Part shown: positions 48,301 through 58,931 of the stretch, piece after piece | Layout of the letters: each line of letters opens with the position of its first letter | Position numbering within the stretch: position 1 is the stretch's first letter | Source: Piedraia hortae CBS 480.64 | Lineage: Eukaryota | Length of the DNA: 58,931 nucleotides | Direction: 5' to 3' | Assembly: GCA_010093745.1 (NCBI GenBank) | Contig: MU006029.1 | Span: 1 to 58,931, forward strand | Translations under genes and position numbers: made by a program | The notes under the pieces: generated by a model | What the model was told of the DNA's origin: nothing | The model's input: the letters and a program-made list of their open reading frames with translations, nothing else | Databases searched by the model: none

Positions 48301-49999
48301 TCGCCTTGGCTCCGACGTTGCTTCAGCGTTCCCTGAAGAAGACCTTGTGGTCATTGCCGGGTCTTCCGGAGAGCATTGGAGGTGGAACCTGGAAGACGAC
48401 GCCAGACGAATTGATCTCGAACTCCCAAGCGAGGCAAACAGCGTTTCCGTCTCTCCAAACGGCCGATATGCCGCTTGGGGCTTGGACACCGGCGAGATTT
48501 ACATTTGGGACGCCGAAAACGATGCCGGGCAGGTGGTTGAGAGTCACAGCTCTTCAGTGGAATGCATGGCGTTCTCGTCAGATAGTGAGACACTGGTGTC
48601 GGGATCCACAGACATCTGGAAATGGAGCCCACAAGCTGGGCCTGGAAAACTATGCCAAGTTGGTACTATTATCAAGTGCATCGCCATCTCGCCAAACGGC
48701 AAGTTCGTTGTCTTTCGCTCTGCGTCGATATATCACGGCACGATATCGGTGTTTCACTGCACCTCCCACGAAGTTGACCAGATCATGCAAATTTCTCAGG
48801 TCGATTCTCTCATGGTTACGCCAGACAGCCAGAAAGTCTTGACTGGGTACTGGGATAGTCTTTATCTCTACGACTTTCAAACGCAACAAGAGCCGATGAA
48901 ACTGCCCTTGGAAACCAGTGGAATCACAGCCATGACATCATCGCGCGACGGGAAGACAATTTGGGCGGGGGATTATTTTGGACTAATTAGACAGCTGGAC
49001 GTGGATCTACTCTTGAAGAGCCCGCAGCATCGGACTGGTCCCGCTACCATTGCACTGTCAACGGATGGACGATCACTCGCCTTATGGAGTCATGGAAACC
49101 AGCTCAGCCTTTGGAACATCGAAACGCGAATTTGCGAACCGCGGTTAACAGATCACAGGCTCTGGAAATCCCGTTATCGCCGGATCCTGATCTCATCGGA
49201 CAGTCGTTTTGTGGTTGTTGCGTGTACAGACAATCCCCCGGCAAATGTGGTGTTGATCTGGGATCTGGAAGCAAATGCTTTGAGGGAGCTAAAAGACAGA
49301 CCAAGCCATGTTACTACTGTTGAGTTATCCCCTGACAACAAAACACTCCTTTGCGGTTTCTACGACGGCCAGATATGGGCTGCTGATCTGGAACGTGGAG
49401 TTCTGCGAGAAAAATTCACGGGTCATACGTTATCCATCAATGATATAGCGATTTCTCTAGATGGGCAGAACTTTGCATCGGCATCATACGATAAGACAAT
49501 AAGGATCTGGGGACCGAAATCACAAACTCCGTCGGTACTGAGCTCTGAAGTGACAATGTATGGGGCATGTTTCTCAGCAGATGGTCGGATGCTCTACACT
49601 TATGACTTCAAGAATAGCATATGTGAATGGAACATTGAAAAGACGTGCATTGTGCGCACGCTCGCTGAGGGCCCTGAATATGGTTCGATACTTATCGATG
49701 GTCGCTTTGTGCCGTCAAGGTTCCTGCCTGTCATAGACAGGTTAGTAGCCAAAGAAGTCGACCAGCCCCAAACGCAGGTGGACTCTTCCGCCTCGACAAG
49801 CTCAACTTCGATGTTCCAAGACCGACAAATCTGCGCCTTGGACCGTACAAAAAAGTGGATCACTGTCGGTGGTCGGAAGATGTTCAAATGCCCTGATCAG
49901 CGAGGATATGATTGGTTCTCGTGCGGGCGAACAATGGTTTTTCCCAACAGAGAGACTGATTTTACTGTTTTGTATTTTACGGGCAAAGACTCCTTCTGA
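45352..49999 (+). CDS. NACHT-WD40 fungal NLR (HET-E/NWD-like), ~1514 aa
   Basis: Exons 45352-45822, 45874-47880 and 47933-49999 in frame with GT-AG introns. LPWAGIRSLL N-terminal helical domain, CLHGTRVDI, WLSGKAGTGKSTIARTVA (Walker A), IVIDAIDEC (Walker B), YHESFRDFL, QYACRYW and multiple GH...WD repeats. Confidence 0.93.
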
Positions 50000-50326
50000 A
50001 TGAAATTGAATTTGTTTAAATCTTCAACGGTCCCAATACATTCCCTGAGCGATGAAGTTAGTATGTGTCGACAGAATAGAAGCTTTTTCCTTGAATTTAC
50101 TGCGAAAATCTCCCCGAGGAGAACTACATTGCAATGTATGCTCTAGTAATCAAAATCGGATCATATGAGAAAGGGCCTTGTTGATTTCTTTTCCCAGAGA
50201 GCGGAAAATACCAGTCCACTGCCCGCGTTGCGATATGACAGTCTCGCCGCTCTTTGTAGGACTTGCTTAGACGTGTGCTGGATCGGTGGGTTGGTAAGCG
50301 AGCGATGATTATGAGAGGGAGGGAAC

Positions 50327-50524
50327 GTAATTTCAGGGCCGTGGTGGAGCGTGAATTGGACAGGTTGAGTAGAGACGTGGGACTGCGAAGAGGGTAGGTT
50401 TGCGAAATAAACTAGGATTGTCATTTTGCATGAGGGGATCTACTGGATGTTGCGCTTTTGTCGTGTGGGGAGGTGAATGGACATGCCTTGTGGAAAGGTG
50501 GGTGCGCCGGGATTCGAGGTGCAT
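50327..50524 (-). repeat. Repeat B, inverted copy of 51981-52178
   Basis: About 200 bp; gtaatttcagggccgtggtggagcgtgaattggacaggttgagta matches exactly in reverse complement. Confidence 0.95.
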
Positions 50525-51935
50525 TTCCTTCGACTTGGTTGTGTTTTTCTCTCTCTTTCTTCTGATGAGCTCTCTCCCTCATAGACGATCTTTCTGCATG
50601 CTGGCATAAAGTCTTGTTGCTATGAGTGTACGATGCCACTACGCGCCACCTCTTACACCAGCAGCTGCACCCTAGGTTTTGTCCTCACTGAGGTTTCCCT
50701 TAGGGTCATGTCGCATGCGACATGGTGAATGCATCCTGCTACTGTTTGAGGTGAGTTATGGAGTAAGACTGTATTCTGACGGTCTTACTGCATGTATGAC
50801 CACTTGCTTGCGGTCATACGATTCATGGCTCTTCATACTAGGCTACGCATGGGCATTCCAGCCCAGAATATATTCTCTGATATCCCCTCGTAGATAAACT
50901 TGTATTCACTTGTACACACATCTTTACTTTCCATCCATCGTTCTCATTCGCATATAGCATCTGTTTTTCACTGCAGGCGCCCTTCATTTGAGGAATTAAC
51001 GTTATTCGACCTGAATCATGGGCTCACAGCCTTGAATGGTGGCTACATAACGCTGAAGGCAGGCCATCATCTGATAAACGAGTCACAGCTGCGCGACGAC
51101 AACTTGATTGATTTGTTAATCGATACTTCCGAAATACTCTTTCCCCGCGCTGACGGCGTTATGATTCTTCTGAGATTAAGGCAGGGGCGAATGAGATAGG
51201 GTATCTGCTTCGTTCCTGCTTTCACAATAGATAATATGTCAGTACAGATCTGGCACCGGTCATTGTACAAGTGCCTCGTCTAGGAGTAGCATCCATACAT
51301 GTAAAGATTTTGTTGATAGTGGTACTTTAGCGTGGCGATGGACCGCAAGTGATATTAATCTACCTACGAAGCACGCAATTCTACGACATCTGCTTTGATG
51401 AGCGACACCGCGAGTGATAAGGGGCGTTTTTCTCCCTTCAAATATGTTTAAGGAAGCTTTAGTCACCATGTGGAAAGAAGGATAGAGTGGAAAATGTGGA
51501 AGGATTGCTTCTAGAGTCTATGGAACACGGGTTCTGTTTCAATCCGTTGAGGACATGCTGCACTCGGTTGAAGAGTTTCACGGTGTCATGCCGTACTGCT
51601 CAGCCTTCATACCGATCGCTGTACGGTCGTATGTGAGGTGGTATTGTCAAGTAAACAACACTGCTCACGATGTACCCGAGTTTGACAAGGCTTAGGGCGA
51701 CTACCTTATGTATAGCGTTGAAAGGCGGAATACTTCGTTCGCTCTTCTGTCATTCGTGCACAACGACTTTCCGATTAAAGTTTGAAGAACTAGTTATGCG
51801 AACGCCACTTGGAATCTGTATCCTCGTCCGTAAAGCTTTGATCCAACACTTCCCAAAGGGACAAATTTTCAAGCTCCATCAACTAGGGTTCCGGAAACTA
51901 TAGGGCGTTCAGACATGAAATTCTGGACGGAGCTC

Positions 51936-52178
51936 ACCACAAATCCCTCGAAATCTTCGCGCAGGTGCCGATCACGGGGGATGCAAATCAAATCCCGGCG
52001 CACCCACCTTTCCACAAGGCATGTCCATCCACCTCCCCACACGACAAAAGCGCAACATCCAAGGGATCCCCTCATACCAAACGACAATCCTAGTCTGTTT
52101 CGCAAACCTAACCTCTCCGCAGTCCCAAATCTTTACTCAACCTGTCCAATTCACGCTCCACCACGGCCCTGAAATTAC
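51936..52178 (+). repeat. Repeat B'
   Basis: 51981-52178 is the reverse complement of 50327-50524. 51936-51984 matches 58883-58931 in direct orientation (38/49 by hand alignment). Confidence 0.9.
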
Positions 52179-52853
52179 ACTGCCAAACCTTTCGCGTCAT
52201 GTCACATCATTTTCTCACTCTTTTCACGTCATGTAGCGAGATTGTGTACATCATGTGCGATGGTGTAGGATATTATGCAGCAAGATGCGCTACATGCCTT
52301 GCAAAGTCACGCAGCAATACTTGGAATGAGATGCTGCATAATGTGAATAATTCCGCAGCAAGATGTCAGGGACTTCTTGACATCACGCAGCGACATGAAA
52401 GACAAGATGCAGCATGATTAATAAAAAGCACTAACAAATGATCAAATTTTACACAGTTATTACCAAATGCTCGAGTATGCTGAGTATCCCTGAGACACAG
52501 TGGTCACCAGCGATGCCCGTACACTAGCCGCAACTTGTCCACCCTTATCTTTCTTTCTCAGCCTCCCAAACTCACCAAGGTCATCGCTCAGCATCTTGTT
52601 CCTGCGAAATAAGTTAGCAACGATGCAGATGCGGCCAAGGGTGTTTCACAACTTACCTTTGCGATGGGTCAGCGCCATGTACATCGAGTCTGATGCGTGA
52701 AAGAAATCCCTGAAATCGAGGGAGACATTCTTGGCTTTGTAACGCTGGGCTAGTTAGCATTCCATATGATGGAAATAATATTCGTCGCCACACAATGCTG
52801 GGCATGCCCAAACAGAAGCAGCCTCTCTCTGCGCAGCCGTGCACTGCTCCGCA

Positions 52854-53099
52854 GTGTTGTTGAGAAGTATCACTGCCATACCTCGGCCTGATAACAAAGA
52901 CTATACAGAGTACAATCCTGTATAGCAAAATGCTCAAAGAGCATAATAAAGAGGAAAGTGGGGCAATGGAGTGATATTTGAAACTGTCTGGAAAAAGAAG
53001 CTACTTGTATATAAGCTCGCTGCTGAACAGCAGAAAAAAAAAACTTTGAAAAACTCAATCTTCAGATCGACTATGCTACGCAACAAATATCTTCCAACA
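52854..53099 (+). repeat. Repeat A'
   Basis: Reverse complement of 43683-43929. Confidence 0.95.
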
Positions 53100-54446
53100 A
53101 GCTGTAAGGTCGTTGTCATCGGCGAGGTGCTCCGCCTGCAATGCAATTCTCGACCAAGATCGAGACTTGGTCTTTGACTTCGTGTAGCTCTTGGTGCAGC
53201 TCTGCATTGTCTCGGAGGACTAGTTGCTGCTCTCGCAGTATGACTGAATTGGTGGTCATGGGCGAATTTGTCCTCAGGAATGTCCTCATGAAGCCTGACT
53301 CCATCGGATTGGTGCCTTGCACGAATGCAAGGGCTTCCTTGGCAGAGGCACCGTTGTTTGGAGCCGCTGTTGGCACTTGAACATTGGAATCATTCACCAG
53401 TGTGTTGAGTCACATTTCACGGCCCTGAATCGGCCGAACACCTGCAACTTGCGACTGCTGATCAACCTCAACCTCGGCGTCTTAGTCTCCGAATCTATCT
53501 GGTCATCTTCTGGCATACATTCTGTGGTGCTGCAGCAGCGAGAGTCGTTCTCTGGAGCGTTAACGTGCCTGGGCAGAACGGGAGAATCGTCCGACCTGGG
53601 TGTCCCGCGAGTTCTGCCTCCAGTCCTTCGACTTTGCTGCGTATTCTTAGGTAGCTGCGCCCGAAGTTTGCTGTCGGGTGTTTCGCTAGGGAGGTGCACT
53701 TTCTGGTTGGCTTTTTGCGACGCGCTTGCCATTCCCTTTGCCCTTGACGCCTGTCTGTTTTGGCATAGTGTATAATGTGGAGATGATGTAAACGAGTTGG
53801 AAGGCAGTGAGAGAGCTGGCATCGAGGGTATTGTTTTCTGCAAGACTGATGAGGTTTGCTTTGTTCCCGTAAACCACCGTTTAACAAGGGGTGACAACGG
53901 ACCACCGCCACACGGTAGATCTTGGGGCGATTTTGGCTGCTCAACGGGTTCATCTTCACCAGGATGGGTGGCATTATCCTTCATCCATCACTCTTTTGTT
54001 GGAACTGTTCAAGGCCTCAACGTCTGTGCAAAATCATTTCTTCTCTGCCTTTCGCCACCGGAATGTAGCTTTCCAGTAGGCAGCATCACAAAAACAAATT
54101 CACATAGTCAGAACTCTAGTTGTTTCAAAATTATCACTTGTCGTTGATTGATCGAAATTCCCCGTGTCGTGGGTCGTCTCGATCAAACTTTTGACGTGTT
54201 GACGGGAGGCTTTGGGGAAACAACTTGATGATATGATCCATATATCAAAACTTCGAGAAGGTCCAACTCATACTGCTGCCTTCCATGCGAACTATCGATA
54301 ACTCAAAGCAACTCAATTGAAACGTCTGATTCTTTCACCATACAGAATGCTTTCCAAACGTCGTTAACCCAAATTTCCGCCAAGCAACTGCCCGCTCTGT
54401 CACGAAAAGGGCACTCATCCCACGCTGACCACTCGAGAAAAAGTTT

Positions 54447-57400
54447 TTGGGGAACATCTTGAAAGTAAGAAGCACTTGGAAAATGAACAGGACAAGCAGA
54501 CAACAGATCCCGAGCTTTACCAGGAGTACTTGGATTTTGCTGAAAGATATAACGCCGAAGTTGTTCGAAGAGTGGTCAGAGACCAATAGAGCGGTGGAAG
54601 CTGCAGAGGCTGCCGCAAGAATTGCGGAGCAAGCGGCGTCAGCCGCAGCACAGGGTCCTTCATGGGCAATAATCCATGCGGATACAGCGAACGATTTTGA
54701 AGGACTTGATGCTACGTACGCAGTAGACCAGCATGTTGAAGATGAAAGTGGTGCCAGTGCATATCATCAGATGAATCCCAAGCATAGCGACTAAGTTCGC
54801 AGTCCCTTCAACGGCGAATGTACCGACGATCAGATTGACGATAGTGGGGCATGTGAAGATTCGCGGGGGGAGGGGGAGGAGGGGGAGGGAAATGATGATG
54901 ATAAATGAGAAATTTTCATGTCATCCAACGCTTCTGTCGATGGAAGAAGATACCGAGGTTGAAGCGGAACCTATTCTTGAGGAATTGCGTAAGTCAATTG
55001 ACACATTCCCTCGGTATGGGCCTGACTGACCTCAGTTCAAAGCGGTTACGGAGACAGACGGTCCGAATCCTTCAATTTTCGTGGCTCCTGAGCCCGTGAG
55101 GATTTCTCAGCCGAGTAATATCTGGTTTCCTTTCCCCTCGGAGGAGTTCCTGCGGCTCTTTGTGTTCCAGCATAACCATAGTCGTTTGATAAGTGACAGT
55201 ATATGTCCACCGTCCTAGACCTCATTCGTGACATCCTGACGATGGACCACCCCATTGAGATCCCCTCGCTGAAAATTCTGAAGAAGTTTCGGGAGAAGAT
55301 GCCCCGGCCGAAGTTGGAGAAGAGGAAAAACGCAGAAAACAAACCTTTTTATCAATTCAGCATACCTGACATCGTCATTATGCAGGCTACGAGTGACTCT
55401 TGTAACCATTTGCTCAGCTTCTACAGGTGGTAGGCTCTCGAAACAGCTCAAGTACGACTGATCTTATCCAGAGCAATCGTTGCTCTGAAGTTTGGCATGC
55501 AAATAAGTGCAGGTGGGAGACTCGCTTGCTCCGCCCGATGGAAACTCTGGCCTTCCAGGGTCAAGAAGTTGACGTTTGGCTCGGCGATATTCTGCAGCTT
55601 TTGCCTGGTGACTCTGCAGAATTCGCCATGTTCTATGGCCGTGAAATCCACGGAAATACTAGTGTCGTACGTGCAATGAAATTGCGTGGGTCCATCGACC
55701 AAAGCGTGCGTCGTCCTGTCTTCATCGTCAGAACTTTAAACAGCTTCCCAGATATCGCAGAAGATACGATCCTATGAGTGCCAGAGTACACAATTCTCAA
55801 CGCTTTCCTCGGGTTTGATGTCATTCTGGTAGCCGAAAATGCGGAATGCCATGCTCCGGGGTTCGTGGAATTCATAACGAAACCACATCCTGCTTGGGCC
55901 TTCGTCACGAAATATGGAGTTTGAGTTTCCCAATTCAACATCAATCCTGGGCGGATTGCACAAGCGCCATAACCACTTCCAAATGGAACCCTCTGGAGGT
56001 TTGGTCATTTACCTTTTCCAGGAAGCCACGTGCAGTGAGTACTATTCTGCATTCGCAACCAATGCGGTACGGTCACTAATGGCTTTCAAGGAAAATTTCC
56101 ATACCTCTGCCAACCATTTCGTGGCTGTTGGGGCAAGGACGAAGGGCAATACAATGATTGATAGCCTCACTCCTGAGTTCGTCCGGCTCCAACGGGGAAT
56201 CGAAGCTTTTGATCCTCGGCGTAAGAGAGCGCAGGTCGTCTTTGGAGGGGTTACGCTCTCGCAGACATTCCTGCAGTTTCTGGTGTGATCTCCCATCAGC
56301 ACACGAGTAACTGCTCTTGCCGCAATTGCTTGTTCAACAAAGCAAGTGCTACGTCGTGGCAAGATGTGGTTTCGGTGGCAGCACCCAGATTGAAAGAGTA
56401 CTCTCGGGCAGTTTAGAGAACTGAGAATGGCATCAAGCCACCAATCTCCTCACTATACCACTTGAAAGGATTCAATCCGCACCAGGATATCCCATTTGAA
56501 ATATTGCATGGTGTGCCACTGGGGTTTGTCAGAAGCCTCTGGCACCAGTCGTTGGATGATTCGACGATCAAGTCAGACTTTAAGGAGTTGGCTCTCTGCG
56601 TAGCCTCCTCAAGCCGGGATGGGATGAACAGTTTTCTGGACGCGCAACAGATCCTGCTTTGGAGCAAGTCCTTTGTGGGCTCGGATTTTCGGGCCTTGAT
56701 CGAGATCTGGCCGGCAACTTTGGTCTCCCTCTATTCCTCAAGGGGACGGACGGGTCCGGTCAGTAGGCTCCTGCTGCTGTGGTGCGTCGCAGCCGATCTT
56801 GCCAAGGTGATATATTCTAGACAGATCGAACACATTAACTGGTGGGAAGCACTGTTCAGGCATCATTTCGAACGTATGCTTCAGCTATGGACCGACGTCT
56901 GGGGTCTGGACAGCATCAGAAAGAAAACAAAGCTTCATATGCTTGTCCATGTGCCTGAAATGGTGCGCAGATTTGGCCCACCGCAAGGAACATCCTCGGA
57001 GACCCCAGAGTCGCTCTATCAGCACCTGCGGAGTTACGTACGGCACTCAAACCATCAAGCAAATTCCTTTGATGCCGCTGGTCATGCGTCAATTGAAGCG
57101 GCTCAAAATTATCTTGCCAACCGGGGTTGGTGGTGTCATGATGGCACACATATGACACAGGACGGGGAGAAGTGTATCGAGGCTCTCAACCAGCCGAGGA
57201 TGCGACGTCTGCTGAGCCTTCCCGTTGAACCGGCTGCACCGACCCACACGGTGAGCATACAATTGCCGCCAGGAGGTTTGTCAGCTCATGATGGGCTTTT
57301 TACGAAGTTTGGCTTGGGCTGGTCCCGAAAACTCGCACAATGCATTTACCCGCTTGCATGCACCTGTCAAATGCAGTTTTGGGTCGTTTGTCAAATGTGG

Positions 57401-57765
57401 TGGTCAGACTATTTTCGGGCTCAGATTTCTCTTGAGACAGCTGGGCACAGCCAATCACGTCGCCCTTTGAGGAATTTTATACAACCATATTAGGAAACCA
57501 GCGTGGCACCTTTAGATTTCCTTTGTTGGCCTCCCGTGAGCGATTCACAACAGTGCATGTGGGCTCGATCTCCAATGTCCTAAACGTACAACACTTCTGC
57601 ACTGTGGAATGCCGAAATGTTTGGGTGCCTGATGCAACCAGGAGAGAATGGGAAAGCGTTGAAAGGTTTGCTTGGAGACACTCCACAGACGGCGTATATG
57701 GCAATCGCTGGATTGAAAATATCCACATGCTAACGCAAGATAATCGATCCTGCTGGGCTGTTTGA
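54447..57765 (+). mobile_element. Decayed DNA-transposon transposase, CACTA/EnSpm-Plavaka-like
   Basis: Collinear frameshifted fragments: SEVWHANK, LVIYLFQE, GIEAFD, ADIPAVSG...CSCRNC, FNPHQDIPFEILHGVPLGFVRSLW, VGSDFR, KTKLHMLVHVPEMVRRFGP...SETPES...HSNHQANSFDAA and LNVQHFC. The KxH...RFGP...E motif order is typical of CMC-type transposases. Start boundary uncertain. Confidence 0.72.
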
Positions 57766-57938
57766 GATTAATATATACAAGGGAATTGTAAGGGTGTTTA
57801 GTATTATCTGATTTTTCCGGTGGAGAATGTACTTTTGGCAAAACGGCCATGTTCTCTTTTGATATTTATCTATATGTGCTTGACTTGCCAATAGCCTTGA
57901 TATGTTCGCGATATGTCGAGATTAGTTGCCCAATCGCC

Positions 57939-57986
57939 GCATGATGCTGCGTCACGCAATCTACCCCGTGTGACGCAGCATCATGC
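57939..57986. repeat. Perfect 17-bp inverted repeat with 14-nt loop
   Basis: gcatgatgctgcgtcac (57939-57955) and gtgacgcagcatcatgc (57970-57986). Confidence 0.95.
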
Positions 57987-58882
57987 CGGGGGGTTGGTTG
58001 TGAACATCGCCTCTTTCAAGGCACGCAGAAATGCTGGACCCGCGTTTCGGCTTCAGGGATACCGGCGACATGCTCTGGTCTGGGATCGCAGAGGTGGCCC
58101 CGGAAGGAGCATGCCGCAAGAGCTAACTCGGCGGGCATTCCGGCAGAAGAGCAATTTGACATTTATGCTGCTCAGGGCGAAATGTCGGCCCTCATTTCGG
58201 GCGTGCAGTCGGAGAAAGGAAGTTCCTTCCATGACCGACATAAGGCTTTTCCCCCGGTGCCAGAGAACGGAAGCGTTGACGTGGTGGAAGACAGTAGGGC
58301 AACATAAATTTCCACGACGATCGACAGGGACATCCTCGCAGTACAAGCGACAAGCATGTCCTCGGAAAGAGTTTTTTCGCTAGGGCAGCCATAGCTTCGC
58401 CTTTCGTCAGTCAGATTGGTAATCGCTGGAACCGAAGAGCTGGGGCGTTTATCGTTGGTGGGCATGGAGGAAAAGGGCTAGGATGTCGGCTGTGCTAGAC
58501 AAGCTGGAGAGGAAAATGGGGGCAAGCCAACTGCCAGGACGACCGTAGAGCCCGAGCCCTTGTGGTCAGGAACTAAGGATATCAAGCCGACAGTTAAGGC
58601 TGGCTGAACCCCTGTGGCCTGAAGCCAATCTGGCAACCACCTGGAAGGAGAAGGAGACGAAGGTTGAGATCATGCCGTTGTTGGATGGTATTAGCGATTC
58701 CAATTTGATTCTATCAAGCGGCGGGCGGCTCTCGACTCGACGCGTCAACTAGTTTTCCGTAGAGACTTGTATGCATACTGGTACACATCTACTCACAATT
58801 CTAACGAATGGCCCTTTGGAACTTTGTATCGTTAGGCTGACCAATCCAGTGCTTCCCTTCAGAATTTCAGCAAAAACACATG

Positions 58883-58931
58883 ACCATAAATCCCTCCAAG
58901 TTCTTGCGCAGATGCCGGTCATGGGAAATGC
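58883..58931 (+). repeat. Start of a third repeat-B-family copy, cut by the window end
   Basis: accataaatccctccaagttcttgcgcagatgccggtcatgggaaatgc aligns without gaps to 51936-51984 with 11 mismatches, mostly transitions. Confidence 0.75.

Noticed and set aside
47933..49999. Highly conserved, hypervariable WD40 repeats as in Podospora het-e/het-d
   Set aside because: The repeats here are divergent from each other, with no near-identical 126-bp units. No HET, HeLo or amyloid-motif effector is recognisable at the N-terminus or adjacent.
50560..51930. Short ORFs in the spacer between B and B'
   Set aside because: Fragmentary, and no family could be recognised. A MITE-like reading of B-spacer-B' lacks a visible TSD.
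51973..57970. CACGGGG...CCCCGTG as CACTA-like TIRs
   Set aside because: Only 7 bp match, no TSD, another CCCCGTG occurs internally at 54160, and repeat homology extends outside the left motif.

Overview
Fungal genomic DNA, most likely a filamentous ascomycete (Pezizomycotina) with a compact genome: short ~45-55 nt introns with CTAAC/CTGAC branch sites and short intergenic gaps. Two housekeeping blocks are present. The first (4.5-21.0 kb) holds an ABC ATPase, TBC GAP, repeat-rich GPI wall protein, NUF2, PPAT, Cytb5-acyl-CoA dehydrogenase, MED8, PMM and MPDU1. The second (34.4-43.1 kb) holds an ATO transporter, SDR, mitochondrial TyrRS, a LYR protein, NAT4-like GNAT, NOP7 and PIG-U. Three accessory regions flank or separate them. 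(i) 0.1-4.3 kb is a decayed NACHT-WD40 NLR pseudogene. (ii) 21-34 kb is an apparent gene desert that contains a same-strand cluster of four small Ser/Thr/Pro-rich ORFs sharing a P-[KE]-(x)-I-[IV] motif and a Tyr three residues from the C-terminus, plus a 12-bp minisatellite and a decayed telomere-linked-helicase-like gene. (iii) 43.4-58.9 kb has an intact NACHT-WD40 NLR and a truncated CWC21 pseudogene inside nested inverted repeats, next to a decayed CACTA/Plavaka-like transposase bracketed by diverged direct repeats. Two small multi-exon genes missing from the ORF track were reconstructed by hand. All family assignments come from motif recognition only; no database search was run.
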